Below, piece after piece: positions 23,526 through 36,879 of a stretch of 64,000 bases of DNA; within the stretch, counting starts at the first letter, position 1; the number at the start of each line of letters is the position of its first letter. Where the stretch lies: NCBI GenBank assembly GCA_964270895.1, contig OZ185440.1; one strand, 5' to 3'. Below the pieces are notes generated by a model. The model ran no database searches, was not told the origin of the DNA, and saw only the letters and a program-made list of their open reading frames with translations. This DNA is from Podarcis filfolensis (taxonomy: Eukaryota). The position numbers were made by a program, and so were the translations under genes.

Positions 23526-25752
23526 AAACACATCCTAATCTGACCTATTTAGATCATTTATGGAAGAAACTCCATGCTCCATGGTAGTCACATTATCATG
23601 CATTAGCAATGCATAAAGTATAGAGCCCTGCAGCAGACATGGAACCCTCTTTTACAAACCACATACCTTTGCATTCATTACCCATGAAAAACTTAGATCC
23701 CAATGTTAAGTACACGTAAATCCCACCCACCACTTATCATCTAGATGCTACTCCCTCTATGTTATATGAAAACTACTCCCTTAGGTTACCAAGCCTTTCT
23801 AAGTAACTGCCTCACAGAAATGTCTGTCGGGACAGAGATGTGGCACCTTAAGGCCTCCCTTGATATCACCTAAGCTATGATGTAATGCATTATAAGCCAT
23901 TTGAAAACCACTCCACCACATATGTCACAAGAGAAGATACAGGCCACAAGGTACATGAAACAGTTTATTCCCATGTCAATCACCCATTTCTTAAGATATG
24001 CAATGTGGATGTGAGCAGAAGCTAGGCTTGAGTCTTGTATATTTTAGACATTTTCTGATGAAGTGATGTGATGTGGGAGAAGAATGTAAAAATGATCTAT
24101 AGTGTTTAACAGATGTGTGGCTTGAACTCATGTCACTGCTTTGCAAATGCCTTGAATGAGTATTCCTGCATTCAAGCTACAGAAACTGCTGTTGCTTAGA
24201 TTGAATGGTTCTTTATCACCATCACACCAAAGCTTTAACCAAGAACCTGGCAAAGATTGTGACAAAGAACACTAGCCTTGGCTGCAAAACCCATACTTTT
24301 GACTGACAGGAGTTGGAATTATGCTTTTAGAAGCCAGATTCGTTAGTGTCAGCTGCTCTGGATTATAACACAGGTTGAGAAATTGACTTCATCTCCCCCT
24401 AGGATGGAACGTTTTCACTTTGCAGCTTTTGCCCAGATTTGATATTTGCATGGAGAGCCCCCTTTGGAACTATTTCTCTGTTCCTGCATATTTTGTCTAC
24501 AACTTATACAACACTAACAGACAATTTATTCAGAGGGATAGAAGACAATGTGCAACAAACTGAGTGAAGGTGGTGTTTCAAATCTAGCGTAACATAATTT
24601 ATTTTATTTATTTATAAAATGTATTTCTATTCACATACAAGGTATAAAGACTTAAACCAATGCAAAATCAAAACAAATAAATACAAAAACAATATTCAAT
24701 CAATAATCAGAAAGCCAAAGAGGAACAGACTCATAAACATGCAAGAATCATTTGAATCCTAACCTAAGGGTAACAAGTTGGCACCAATTGGGAGTGGATA
24801 TGCCTTTTATTCTTTTATAATGTACTCAACCCTTTATATCGGAATGAATCCCAATACTGATAATCTCAAACTCTTGAGAGGAAAAAGCATATTCTCAACA
24901 TATTGACCAATGAGAACTGCATTATGATTCCAAATTGGAAACCTTTGACCCACTATAGCATTAAGTGAATCAACACTTTAGAAACCAAACACCCTTGAAG
25001 ACAAGGCAATTTCCAAAAATGTCTGGGGGTTTTTTAACCCCAGTTTAAATAAACTCAAACACTGAAAGGCTTGCCTTTAGAAGGTCTGTTCCCACACCAT
25101 TACACCGTGTAAGGAAATCACCTGTGTATTCTAGTAGAACCAGTTACTAGATACCATCTTGCAGACAAGTTAATCAATTTTGGGCATTATGTCTAACAAC
25201 CTCAGCTGCACCAAACTGATAAAACCACTGCTGTTCCATTTCCAAGCTCTCAGTTAGGAAAGGCTCGCATGAAGATGAAAAATTGTAACCATAGGGTCCC
25301 AGTCTACTTGGTTTGTCATGTCTTCATACAACAGTTCTGAGAATGAAGATGGTACACCGAGAATGACATCAGCCTGAAGCTCCTGAATGTGTTGGAAGCA
25401 TCCTCAGTAAGAAAGAGTAGACATGTGTACAGAAAGCATTGCGGCAAAGGAGTGGCCAGCATATTGACTCCTCCTTGTGGGCACTGCTCCCTGAAGAAAT
25501 AAATTGTTACCTAATGGTTGTACTGGATTGTTAACTTCCAAACTGCCCTATTTTCAAAGTATGATGTAACATTTACAAGCTGATACAAAACTTTAGAAAT
25601 TAAAAATGTTTGAAATTCATCATTTTTATGTGAATATTGCCCTTTTGTATTGAGACCAAACTCTGATTTGGTAATAGTGCCTTCAGTGTAAATTTATTCT
25701 GGATAAAGACAGGGAAATTTTCAAGTAATCATATTTCATAATATATCCTTAC

Positions 25753-25882
25753 TTCTCTAGGCAGTTCAGGCAGGAAATTTTCATCTACAGCTAGTGTCCG
25801 CAGACTGTGCAAGTAGCCAATGGTGGGAGGTAGAGACTCTAGTTCATTACAGCTGCAGTCGAATTCCTCTAATAAAGATAAA
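25753..25882 (-). CDS. LRRC7: LRRC7 exon (window exon 6), LRR: (N)[43 protein letters not shown]
   Basis: 130 nt; acceptor tttcag, donor GAA|GTAAGG. Confidence 0.96.
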
Positions 25883-26464
25883 CTGAAACGTTAAGTACAT
25901 TTGTTAGTCTATGTCACAAAGCCATCAATCACTTGGGGTTTTTAATATCTAAATCTTAACATTCCAGATCTGCAAACTATGCAAACATAAGACTTTCAAA
26001 TGACAAAAATATAAGTATCTTACACATTTTTGAGCTGCAGTACAAAATATGCATTTGAAGGACATAATGGAATTATATTTGGAAATGCTTTCTAGTTGAA
26101 GCAGAGGAATGGTCCATCTAGGGCACTACTGTCAACACTAACTAATAATAAAGCCACAGGAGAGCATTTATGCAGTAGTATATGGCAAACACCCATGTAT
26201 ATTTTGTCACGTGTATATGATTGGCAGAAAGTTCTTACCACATGTAATTACGGCAGATGTGTGTATTGGTCTCCTCCCATTTGCATATGAAGCAAAATAG
26301 ACATATGCAATTTTATCATGCATAAACAGGCCCTATCAAGAGATATCTTAACCATGAATCTTTAAGTAGAAATGCTAGCAACTGAGTCTTATACTGACAA
26401 TAAATGTGCTGTAATAAAACGCCAGAAACACTTTCCAGTATTACTTAAGTAATACATATTTTAC

Positions 26465-28300
26465 AAGGGATTGTCTAGACCAATTTCAGTCTGGCTTCAG
26501 GCCCAGTTTTAGTACTGAAATAACCTTGGTTGATCTGGCTGACCTGTACTAGGGGAATGCAACCCTGCTAAGTCTCCTAGACTTATTGGTGGCTTTTGAT
26601 GGCACTGACCACTGTTTCCTTCTGAATCAGTTCTGTAGCTGGAAGTCAGAAACATGGTGAAACAGAGGTTCAACTTCTACCTACAGGGCTGTTTCCAGAG
26701 AATGGCACCAAGACAATTCCATACTGTCCCCCACGCTGTTTAAATAGATGTTACAGCCATTCTGAGTGTTCTTCAAGGTACAGTGGACCTGCCACTTACA
26801 TGAAGGTTCAGTTCTAAAAGTCCACATGCAAAGGCAAAATTGTGTAAAGCCAGGATTCCCCGGAACCACTCTCAACTTGTCTGGAGCGGGCCTTGCCCTC
26901 TGCCTCACTTACCGCACAAGCCTTGGGATGCTCCCAGAGCCAGGTAAGCAAGACAGATGGATCAAAAAGCTCTTGCCATTGCGTAAAGCCAGGAACCCCT
27001 CCCCCAACCCCTGGTGCACGCCCCCCACCCCACCTGTCCAGAGTTGGATTTGCCCTCCGTCTCACTTACTAGGCTCTTGGGACATTCCCAGAGCTTTTAT
27101 ACCTCATTCCCAATGCACAGTAAGCAAGGTATCTGGGAAGGAGGCAGGAGGGCTCTGAAAGCATCTCACAACCCTTCAAGCTCCCTCCCAAAGCCTAGTA
27201 AGTGAGATGGAGGGCTTTAAAACTCTTTCCATGGTGGGTTTTCCCAGCTCACCATTTATTTACTTATTTATCGGCCATGCACCTAAGATTGCGATTGTGT
27301 CAGTAAAGTGAGCATAGGTTGAGGCCCACTGCGCTTGGAGTATTATTCCATAAATACACTGATACCAATCACTGTCTCTACATATCATCTGAGTCAGGAG
27401 AGGTTGTGCAGTTGTTGGACGGATGTCTGGAAGCAGTAATGGGTTAGATGACAGCCAAAACTGAAGCTGAATCCTGACAAGATAGCAATCCTGTTGACAG
27501 GAGATTCTTGTGTTCAAGAGCTGGATAGATGGCATATTCTGGAGGGAGCTGCACTCCTTCTGATGGCATCTGGAGGTGCCCTTGGCTTCACGTGTCTTGG
27601 AACACCTATTAGTAGCTGCAGTTTGCTTGCCAGCTACAGCCATTCTTAGACGGTGATAGCCTGGCAGCAGGCTCCTACAGTCTGGTAACTTCCAAGTTAG
27701 ATTACTCTAACATATTCTATGTGGGGCTTTGCCCTTGAAAATGGTTCAGAAGTTGTAGCAGGGGAAGACCACCATGGCAAGAGTGCTGAGTGGTTCAGCC
27801 AGTTTAGTTCATATAACACCAGTTCTGAAGAGTTTGTACAGTCTGCCAATATGCTACTGTGCTTATTTCAAGGTTTTAATGTTGACTTCTAATGCTCTGA
27901 AAATTTTAGGGTTAAGTTACCTGAAGGAGCACCTCATCCTATATTATCCTGCCTGCTGGAGATGCTATACTCACTATTCCATCACCAAGTGGGGTTCATA
28001 CATCTGAGACTTGTGAAGAGACCTGTGGAAAGTTGTGGAATGCCCTCCACCTTGAATTTAGGTTGGTGTCTACACTGGTTGGATTTCAGCACCAAGTTAA
28101 AACTTACCTCTTTATCCAGATTTTTAATGATGTGGGGTACTCAGCCACTGATACTTGGAGAGAGCAGTTATAATATTTATGAATTGTATACTGTTCTCAG
28201 TTTTTTTATTGATGTTGTTTTTAATAATTGATGTGTTCCACCCTTGTGGTCACTTGATTTGATGCAGGGTAAGATAAACATGAAAATAAATAAATAAGTT
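26465..28300 (+). mobile_element. Decayed L2 LINE ORF2 (RT and downstream region) with 3' tail, interrupted by an insertion
   Basis: Remnant motifs LDQFQSGFRP (from 26475), LLDLLVAFD, KLKLNPDK (27458-27481), HITPVLKSLYSLP, LWNALH; many stops and frameshifts. Confidence 0.85.
26781..27260. mobile_element. Possible Tigger/pogo-like MITE remnant nested in the L2
   Basis: TA|CAGTGGACCTGCCACTTACA resembles a Tigger TIR and the segment breaks L2 homology; no second TIR found, right boundary approximate. Confidence 0.4.
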
Positions 28301-29139
28301 TCCATAATCCTACAAAATAATTCTGCAATAATTCTGTGAATTTAACTGCTAGAACAGCCTGATAAGTGGCACTCTCTATTGAAAGCTTGACTGAATTAAA
28401 AAGAAACTGTTTCAATAAATCCTGAACTACCATAATGTTATGGTTGTGTAGCAGGTATAATACTGGCTACCAACTACCCAGGACAGGAGGGAAGGGGGTA
28501 CACACTGACTTCTCATTAACAGAAGTATTATATTTTACAAATGACCAAGATCAAAGCTTTCCCCCATAAATTTATTGGCAACAGTAAAATAGCAAGTGCC
28601 CAATACAGCCTTCAGTTATTTACTTCGACATTCTTCAGACGAACAAATCTAAAAACAGCTGCTCCACAACCCACAGTCCATCTGGTTCCCCACACATCTC
28701 CCCTGCAACTAGCTACTAGACCACACTAGCCCGGAGGACTGAAGTGTGTCATCCTCTTGAGAACTGCACAGTGATTCATGAAGTGGGTTGGAAAGAGAAC
28801 AGCTGAAAGCTTTGTTAGGCTTTTCATTATATGCTTGCGGCTGCCAAGCTGTAATTTAAGCCAGAGGAAGTGATCATTTCTAAAGGCAGCATTCAGACAA
28901 CTTGGCCCAGATCCACTTTAGGCTTGCGCTGACAGAAGATGTAGACATAGGTGACTGTGCTTTAGTAGACCACCTGGCAAAATGATCATGCTGCACCTTC
29001 AGTGATGCTACAACCAGACAAGAAACGTTATCATTTATTGCAATTCCCTTTCAGCTGCCACCAGTCCCTAGAATGGCAATACAGAATATATGGAAGAGGG
29101 AAAATGTTGTGTTTCAAACGTATCCACACTAACCAAATG

Positions 29140-29286
29140 CTGAATTCAATCCCTGGCACCTTCAGTTCAAGGATCTCAGGTAGCAGGACTGAGAAAGACC
29201 GCTGTGAAAGCCATCAACAATCAGAGTAGACAATACTGGGATAGATGGACCAATGGTATAACTCAGTATAAAGCAACTTTATATGT
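29140..29286 (+). mobile_element. Degenerate tRNA-derived SINE with CR1-3'UTR-like tail
   Basis: B-box-like GAATTCAATCCC followed by AGTAGACAATACTGGGATAGATGGACCAATGGTATAACTCAGTATAAAGCAACTTTATATGT. Confidence 0.65.
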
Positions 29287-31039
29287 GCTTCTGTGTAAAT
29301 GAAGAAACATGTATTGCTCAGATCAAAGGCATTAAGGATTGAAGCAAAGTGCTATCACAAAATCAATCACTACGTAAGCATTAAGGGAGCAATCTAATAT
29401 CGTGTCTGTGGATGCAACAGCATTCACTTTCTCCTTCAGCCGCTGCACCTGCCCCTCCCGCACCGAGAACTGCGGGGCTAAAGAGGAGGAAAATCCTATT
29501 TGTACAGCTGAATATGTCTCTCAAATATGAAAAATGTTATAAGGACTTAGGATGATGTAATAACCTCTCAATTGCAAAATGAGAATGAAACAAACTGGTC
29601 ATTGTAAATTGACAAATTATGAGATGTAAATGCTAATTGCTATATTTATGCCAGCCATGGTCATCAAGATTCTAAAATTATATGGATCTCATATAAAAGA
29701 TTCAGTATAAAGACAAAAATTTGCAAGCATCATTTCAAAATGGTAAGAAGCTTTAGGTCTAGTTAAGATACTTTGAAGATGAGCACATCTGCAAGGAAGG
29801 AAACACAGCGTGTCCTACTAATGGTCAAGTGCAGTATATTTATTGACAAGTATCAATAAATATAGATAATAAAAGAGAGAGAAGGAAAAAAGCCTATTAG
29901 ATCCCATTATACATGATTTCTGTAGCCTGGTTGCCACTTTTCTGTGGCTGGATCCCATGCTGCTGCAGTAACAGCTAACAGAGCAAAGCTTCAGAAAATA
30001 CCTAAAAATTCTTTAAAAAACTGGTTTGCAAATGTGTGGAAGACAGTTGTGGATGGTGGCACTCATGAGCTTGCACCTGTGACTCATTGAGACCTCCCCC
30101 ACCCTATTATTTAAATTGTCCCATCCTTCTGTGAATTTAAATAATCATTTCATAAAAGAGAAACCTTGTGGAAAAATTTCCATTGCAAATTTAAATCAAA
30201 CACCAACAAAAATCTTTAACATTTTAACTTGCACATCACTGAAAAGCAAGGTTCTTATTGCAACAATTTCTGCACAGTCCAAACTGAATCATATAAAAAA
30301 AATATTCATATATGACACTTTACATGATGCAACATACATTTACTGGAGTTCTCACAAAACTCTCATCAGCTAAACAAATGATAAAAATAGAACAAAACAC
30401 TGTCTGCCAAAGCTATCATCTGAATAAAGTAGTAATTTATGTATCTGTTTTTTATTACCGCTCATCAAGCTCTTGCTAAACATCTGGAAAATGCTACCAA
30501 AGCTATTATTTATAAATAAATATGATTCTACAAAACACTTATTGTTTTATACTTAGTTGTTAAAATTATTCTGTAACTCCACTTAGCAAGGGAAATTTAA
30601 AAGAATCTTGATAGTCTTTGAATTTTATATTATTTTTACACTTTCAATTTAAAAAACTGATCCAACTTTATAATTAAGGAGCAGAGTTAAGGTTTAAGAG
30701 TGCTACAGTGATTCCTTCCCTATGCTACAATGGAACTAGATCAAGAAAGTAACAGTTTATTTACCAGAACATGTAGCTGCTGTTATGCCCTTGTCTGTTT
30801 ATTTCTCACTACACAAGGCAATGAAGCTGTAAGGAGTAGGCTGTGAAGTTATCCCCCACATGTCCCACAAAAAGCAGGCATTGTATTTGGAAAGCATTTC
30901 AAAATTTTGTATAACAGAAAAGAACACCATGAACATAGCACAGCTCAAGTTAAGCACTTGTAATTCCCATCGATCTTAACAGAAGAGAGTTAAGCATGTG
31001 CTCAGTTCTTCAAACGAAATCAATGATACTTAAAGAAAA

Positions 31040-31830
31040 ACAGGTTGCTTATCTTAAACTGTAGCTCCTTGAGTAGTCATTTGTGCAGGCACATACATGG
31101 AGTTCTGTACCTGTGCGAAGTCTGAAACCTTCTGATAAACATTTTGGCAGGAAATCTGCCCAAAGCACACGTTCAAGGGGTGTAGTTCCTACATTCCCTC
31201 TCAGATACTAACGGATGGCAATTATTTAAGGAAACACTTGAGTGACAGCAGGTGTGAAAAAGGGTGGGTTGTTTGAGTGAACATATGACCACAGGAACTA
31301 AAGTTGCAGGCAAACAACCTGCTTTTCTTTGGGGTCTTTGTGCAGTTTCACACATGGTAGAATAGCAAGCTAATTTACCCTAAGGTGGGGCAAGTACTGA
31401 CTAGTAATTGCTGAGCTCAACACAGCCCATCAAAAAGAGGTACCTGCCCAAGCTTAAATATCCATAGCATTATGCCTGACAAACAATTATGCCTGCAAAA
31501 GAAGCTGGAAATACTCTTTGAAAGGCCGTGGCTCTTGTAAAAGCAGATGTGGACTCCCATTGGTACTGGGAGCTATGCCAGTCCACAGCAAAATTTATAG
31601 CTTACAGAAAACAACATGAGAGGACCTGAGTCAACATAGGGAGAGTCTTTCTAGAGCCCTCAGAACACATGGGAAAGAAAAGGATCATGTTGAAACACAG
31701 CTGTCCTATCAATGTAGAAGGCTAAGTCATGATGGATGTGCAGGATGTGGAAAGATCATTCTGAGATGTTCAGATAAAACTCAGGCAAGACAACATCCTG
31801 GTATAAGCTAAAAGCTATTTCCTCAGTGCC
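31040..31830 (-). mobile_element. DIRS1-type tyrosine-recombinase retrotransposon, 3' remnant
   Basis: Terminal motif at 31041-31100 with an inverted counterpart near 31275-31321 (ITR/ICR-like); minus strand gives degenerate YR C-terminal motifs APSTNG (about AHSTRG) and FVRHNAMD (31460-31483, about FxRHYxLD). Confidence 0.75.
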
Positions 31831-32155
31831 CCCAGCTTTTATGACTCACCAGCTGTGAGGGCACATGTACAGCCAATGTGCTACCAGTTGGCGAGGCACA
31901 CACCCCATGGGAGGCCACTGATTGGCCCATTTGAGATGCAGCAGCCAGCGGGAACTCAAGCCAGATGTCCAGGTTGCCAGAGGGAACTCCCCTAACGGCC
32001 ACCTGGACATATGGCGGCCAAGCATGAGAGACCGCAACAGGTGCCCACCCAGGAAGGGTTAAGCGTCCATTTCCTCCTTAGACAGAAAATACACATTTGT
32101 CTTGAAAACAATCTTATTGCTAAATACATCAAATCTATAAAATTCCACCACTTAC

Positions 32156-32228
32156 TTTCCAATGGCATTGGGGAGAATTGTGAGTTGATTGTCATCTACT
32201 TTTAGAGTTGTAAGCCTTTTCAAGAGCC
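32156..32228 (-). CDS. LRRC7: LRRC7 exon (window exon 5), LRR: (G)[23 protein letters not shown](N)
   Basis: 73 nt; long (CT)-rich polypyrimidine tract then cag; donor AA|GTAAGT. Confidence 0.96.
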
Positions 32229-32552
32229 CTGAAAGAGAAAGAGAGAGACAGAGAGACAGAGATGTGTTAGATATTGAAAACAGCATATTTCCCCCCTATA
32301 ATTATTTTTTTTACTGTGAAGTACACCCCTTTTTCAGCTCTCAATACTAGCGGTCATAGTGCCTATTCTGAGGCCAGTTTCAGCAGAAGTAACAAAATAA
32401 ATGGAATAATGAATAGCATTTTTGAAATAAAGGATTCCCGGTCAGTTCAAAAGAATCCTCTTCCAGAGCTGGCTACGCAGCTGTTTCAAACATATTTTCT
32501 CATGTGATCCCTAAATTTGCAAACGCAGTATCTTCTAATTGCAAAAACCACA

Positions 32553-32904
32553 GGGTTGAATTTAACTAAGTTCTACTCTTCGTAGACCTATTGCATTGGT
32601 AGCTAAGACTCCATCAGCAACAAGGATTTTATTGGTGCCATGGAACTTTTTCTCCTCTCCTCCCCACAAAGCCCCCTAAATCTATTCTGGGGGGTTCTAA
32701 CCCCTCCAGACTAGATTTGGTGGTGGTGTAAGATAGGGGGGAGAGGGGGAAATTCTTATTGTGCTAGCATGAATCCTTGCACTGGCTTTTCCTCGTGCAA
32801 CAGTTTAGTTAAATATGAACCACTGAAATTAATATGCCCAAGTCAGCCATGTTCATTAATTTCAGTGGGTCTACTCTGAGTAGAACTAGCACTTGATACA
32901 AGTC
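32553..32904. mobile_element. MITE-like composite repeat with about 40-bp imperfect inverted ends
   Basis: Left AGTTCTACTCTTCGTAGACC and right GGTCTACTCTGAGTAGAACT are inverted; internal inverted CCACTGAAATTAAT / ATTAATTTCAGTGG. Confidence 0.55.
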
Positions 32905-33454
32905 ATGCAGTTTAACAGTGGATTGCTATTTTGTATTTTTGCACATGAAGTTTCACACTTGTGCCTGAGGACATGAATTTTATGTAATGTGGGAAAAGCC
33001 ATTCCAGAGTATTTCTTCATAGCAGGAAGCTAAATTACAGACACACCTCCCTAACACATGTATTATAGTTAAAAATGCACCTGTGGACATATTCTAGCAT
33101 TAAAAAATAATTGCACCTCATATTCAAAGATGAGTTTCTACACATAAAACTGTGATGCAAGGCAATGTCATCAGGAACACTTTTCTGTATTATGAAGTAA
33201 AACTTCAAAATGTTATACCTGTATTCTTCATATAATTCTTAACTCTTAACATAAAAACAGTATGTTATTTTAGAGATAAAGTTGCTAATAATAATTACAG
33301 GATAATGAATGATAGGGGAGGCAGATAAATCTTAATCTTGATTCAGAAGAAACGGACCCTTGAATCCAAACCAGCATCTATTAACAAAAACCCATTTTCT
33401 TAGCAACAACCTCTCACACATAACCACACATTTAGCCAACATTTCTTTCTTTAC

Positions 33455-33599
33455 CTATAGAATCTGGCAGTTGTTGTAGCATGTTGGATGACAACAGTAG
33501 ATCTTCCAGGGCTTCACATCCTGATATGTCCATATCTATACTTTCTATCCTATTTTTTGACATATCCAAGTACACCAGCTGCTTTAACCTTCCTATAGG
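33455..33599 (-). CDS. LRRC7: LRRC7 exon (window exon 4), LRR: [48 protein letters not shown](G)
   Basis: 145 nt; donor G|GTAAAG. The acceptor is a weak AAG chosen because it is the nearby AG that keeps frame and homology; inside track ORF 33432..33653. Confidence 0.93.
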
Positions 33600-35775
33600 C
33601 TTGATGACATCACATAAGAATAGGTTGTTGGTTAGATTTACATTTCGTAGCAAGCACCAATGGTTAACAGCAATAATATTTAGAAATTAAAGTTAACAGA
33701 TAGGTAATGGTGATTACAGAAGCAAAAGTGATCTGGTCTGATGTTTCATTGGTCAAGTACACTAGAAAAACCACTGTTCTAAACTTGTATCTAAAGATAC
33801 TGAAACAATGATCACTACTTAAATGGTGAGGTTTGATTCTTCCCAATGACTCACACAAGATAAGATCCGAACAGAGCAATTTTTGGGTTAAGTGCATCCA
33901 CAGAGTCTGTGGCACAGATTGTTGCAAGGAATTGGAAGGCCTACACATACCTCCCATATTCCAATTCACCCTACTACCTGTGCTTAACCAATAAAGGTGA
34001 GTTCAGAGCAGTGAGCTAACAAACCGAAAGGGGTGTCTAGAATGGATATGGAAGACACACAGACCCCTCATCCCCAATATTTCTCAACCCCATAACTTCC
34101 AGATTGGATTACTGCAATGTGCTCTACATAGAGCTGCCCTTAAAGGCAACTCAGATACTTGTCTCACCTATTTCACAGACTTTAGGCGGCTCTCAAAATA
34201 TCAATGAAAACCATTAGTGCTATTTATAAATATACATCTGAATAGTTCTTAAATGTAAGAATATTTCAGTGTCTTAATGCAGAAAATAAGGATGTTGCAT
34301 ACGGATCCTTTACTAAATTGCACCATTCCTGCGCATGATCCTTTCATGAATTTCAGTTGTTGAATTGGAATTACCTGAGCACTACACAACAAATGGTAAG
34401 CGCTGTCGACTCTGACACTGCTAATCATCAAACAGATATGAATATGTGAAACAGAATCCAGCACTTACTTTGGATATGTATAAATACATTTAAAGGGTTT
34501 GAAAAAGTTCTACAAGCACTAAATCACATTGCCAATTGAACTAGAGTGCTCTTATATTGAGCTGAAGTAGCAATGTTGTTACCCAAAGGCATTTTTGTAG
34601 CATATACTGTAGTATTTAAATGGACTTCTACATGCTATAGGCTAGGCAAAAGCTGTACAGAAAACACTACCCTCTGTTCAAGTCACAGCACAGAAACTTG
34701 CCTTAAGATGATTTACTCTGTGTGCTTGAACTAGAATTCTTATATTAAAATTCCCTTAAAATCATTGAGTTGGAGCCTAAGAACACAGATCAGAGTTCCA
34801 TTCACAGATTATAGCTTCCCTACTTCCTTCTTCCTGCTTCAGCTTACAAAAAAGGGGCCCCTCCAGAACAGCACTGGATATGTTGGGGAGGGGGCTGAAG
34901 CTCAAGGGGAGAATGGACATAAGCAGAAGTGCCTTTCTTCTGGGGTTAGGTGCTGCTGGATTCACACTATAGTGATTTATTTCATGCCAAACTCAATAAA
35001 CTGACAGCTGAAGACAGGAAAAACTATTACAAGAGGAGGCAAAATAGAGATAAACCATGAGTCCAGGGGGCAGGGCCCCCAGTGTGTGTGTGCGCGCTTT
35101 ACTTAGGACCAGAGATCCAAGGGGGCTACACATTCTCACTGTACTATTTCCTAGAACAACTTCACCCTTTAGACATCATGATCCTGCGTTACCATATGAA
35201 CGCAGAAGTTACCATATACTCATCTGGCTGTCATCCCCAAAACCACTCTAGATGTGTGTGATCTGCAACTAGCATGTCTATAAGCAGCATTCATCTCTTG
35301 TTGAGATGGTGTCTCACAAGCTGCTGGAGTGCATTCTCTTGTTCCACACAGAAGAATGATTAGAAATATTATTATATGGTATCTAAGTTATTTGTATCAG
35401 ATCTAGTTGTTCAGAAATAGCAGCAATGAGAGTCAGATTAGCAGATGCTTTGTTAGCTAGACATCCTTCAGTAGTGAAATCCATGAGGCATGCTACAGAA
35501 ATATTTTTTAAAATTTGTTCATATATAAGCAGCAATAAGGCTCTCTGAAAGAAATAACATCTTTCAAATATGTTTCAATATAACAGAAATATATACGTAG
35601 CTGAAATTTTGCAGAGTTGTGTAGTGTCAGAACAAATCAATTTAAGTTTATAATTTACACATTACTATGCAACATTATGTTAGTATCCTTGTCCAAAAAC
35701 ATGTTCAGTGTTGCATCTCCCTATGTTAACAAGAAATGAAACTAAACAACACATGAATGTATACAATATCCATAC

Positions 35776-35850
35776 CCCAGGCAGTGTTTGAAGTGAATTA
35801 TTGTCCATCCATAATTCCTTTAGATTTTGAACTTGTTCCAGAACCTCAGG
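35776..35850 (-). CDS. LRRC7: LRRC7 exon (window exon 3), LRR: [25 protein letters not shown]
   Basis: 75 nt, phases 0/0; acceptor tttttttacag, donor GGG|GTATGG; inside track ORF 35680..35937. Confidence 0.96.
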
Positions 35851-36536
35851 CTGTAAAAAAAATATTTTATAAATATAACATTTATGCAAACCAAATGATA
35901 TTTTGATTATTTCCAAATGATTACCTTTTGCAAACAAAATCAGAATAGAACTATAGTTCTTTATTCTGATTACTTCATCATTTTCTTTAAGGTTGTATTT
36001 ATAAGTGATGATTATGTTAAATATTACAAGTCACATTTCTGAGTGTGGTTTGGTCTAAATCCATCTACCAGGATGGATCAACTAACACTGAGAAGCAGCA
36101 GCACAGAGATGCAATGGCTGATTTAGTATTTCAGAAACTCTGAACTGTCAGGTATTAGGAGTTAAGGCTTTTATTCTCACAGCTTCTGTGATGCTGCTGG
36201 TCTCTGAAGCAAGATCCTACATATCTATCAACCCTTCCCCATAATGTCACACAATCCAGAGTATCATGTGCCATAAATAAGAGACTTACTATTTGTACAC
36301 CCTCATTATTATCCCTGTCTGTGGACATAAAATATTTCATCATGAATTCCTTTTATTACCAATGCAAAGCAGGATCCTATGCAGCTTTTACATGTATGGA
36401 AAGCAAAATAGTAGAGTTACTCGTTTCTGCATGCAGCAGGATTCTCATTGTGGGAATTGAGGAAAATTGCATTGATATACTGAACACTACTGAACATACA
36501 TGTTTTGTTATGCTTTTTAAAACAGGTTTTTCTTAC

Positions 36537-36600
36537 CAACTCAGAAAATTCATTATTGCCTAGGTCAAGCCTCTCTAGCTGTGTCAGTTTGTGCATTGAC
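36537..36600 (-). CDS. LRRC7: LRRC7 exon (window exon 2), LRR: (K)SMHKLTQLERLDLGNNEFSEL
   Basis: 64 nt; acceptor ttttttacag, donor TTG|GTAAGA. Confidence 0.96.
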
Positions 36601-36879
36601 CTGTAAAAAACAAAAGATAATACAGTAATGTTACAATTTTACTGCAATTATACTATACACAGTGGCAAAGGTTGCATGTGCTGTTACATTAAATTTTAGA
36701 GGTAGACAGCGCATATTGGATAGAATAAAGAACATATTAGACAGGACAACAAACATTTTTGTCACACTGTTTATAATTAATGAAGCAATTCATTTTTATT
36801 TCAATATATGAACAGCAACGTCTACAATAAACTATGATAAATGAATCTCCCTAAAGCTGACTTTAATCAGTTTTAATAT

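Noticed and set aside
32040-32062. piggyBac-like end (AGGGTTAA)
   Set aside because: No matching left TTAACCCT end was found upstream.
33600-35775. Calling this a U12-type intron
   Set aside because: The donor is GTATGG rather than GTATCC and there is no good TCCTTAAC branch site; it is kept only as an atypical acceptor.
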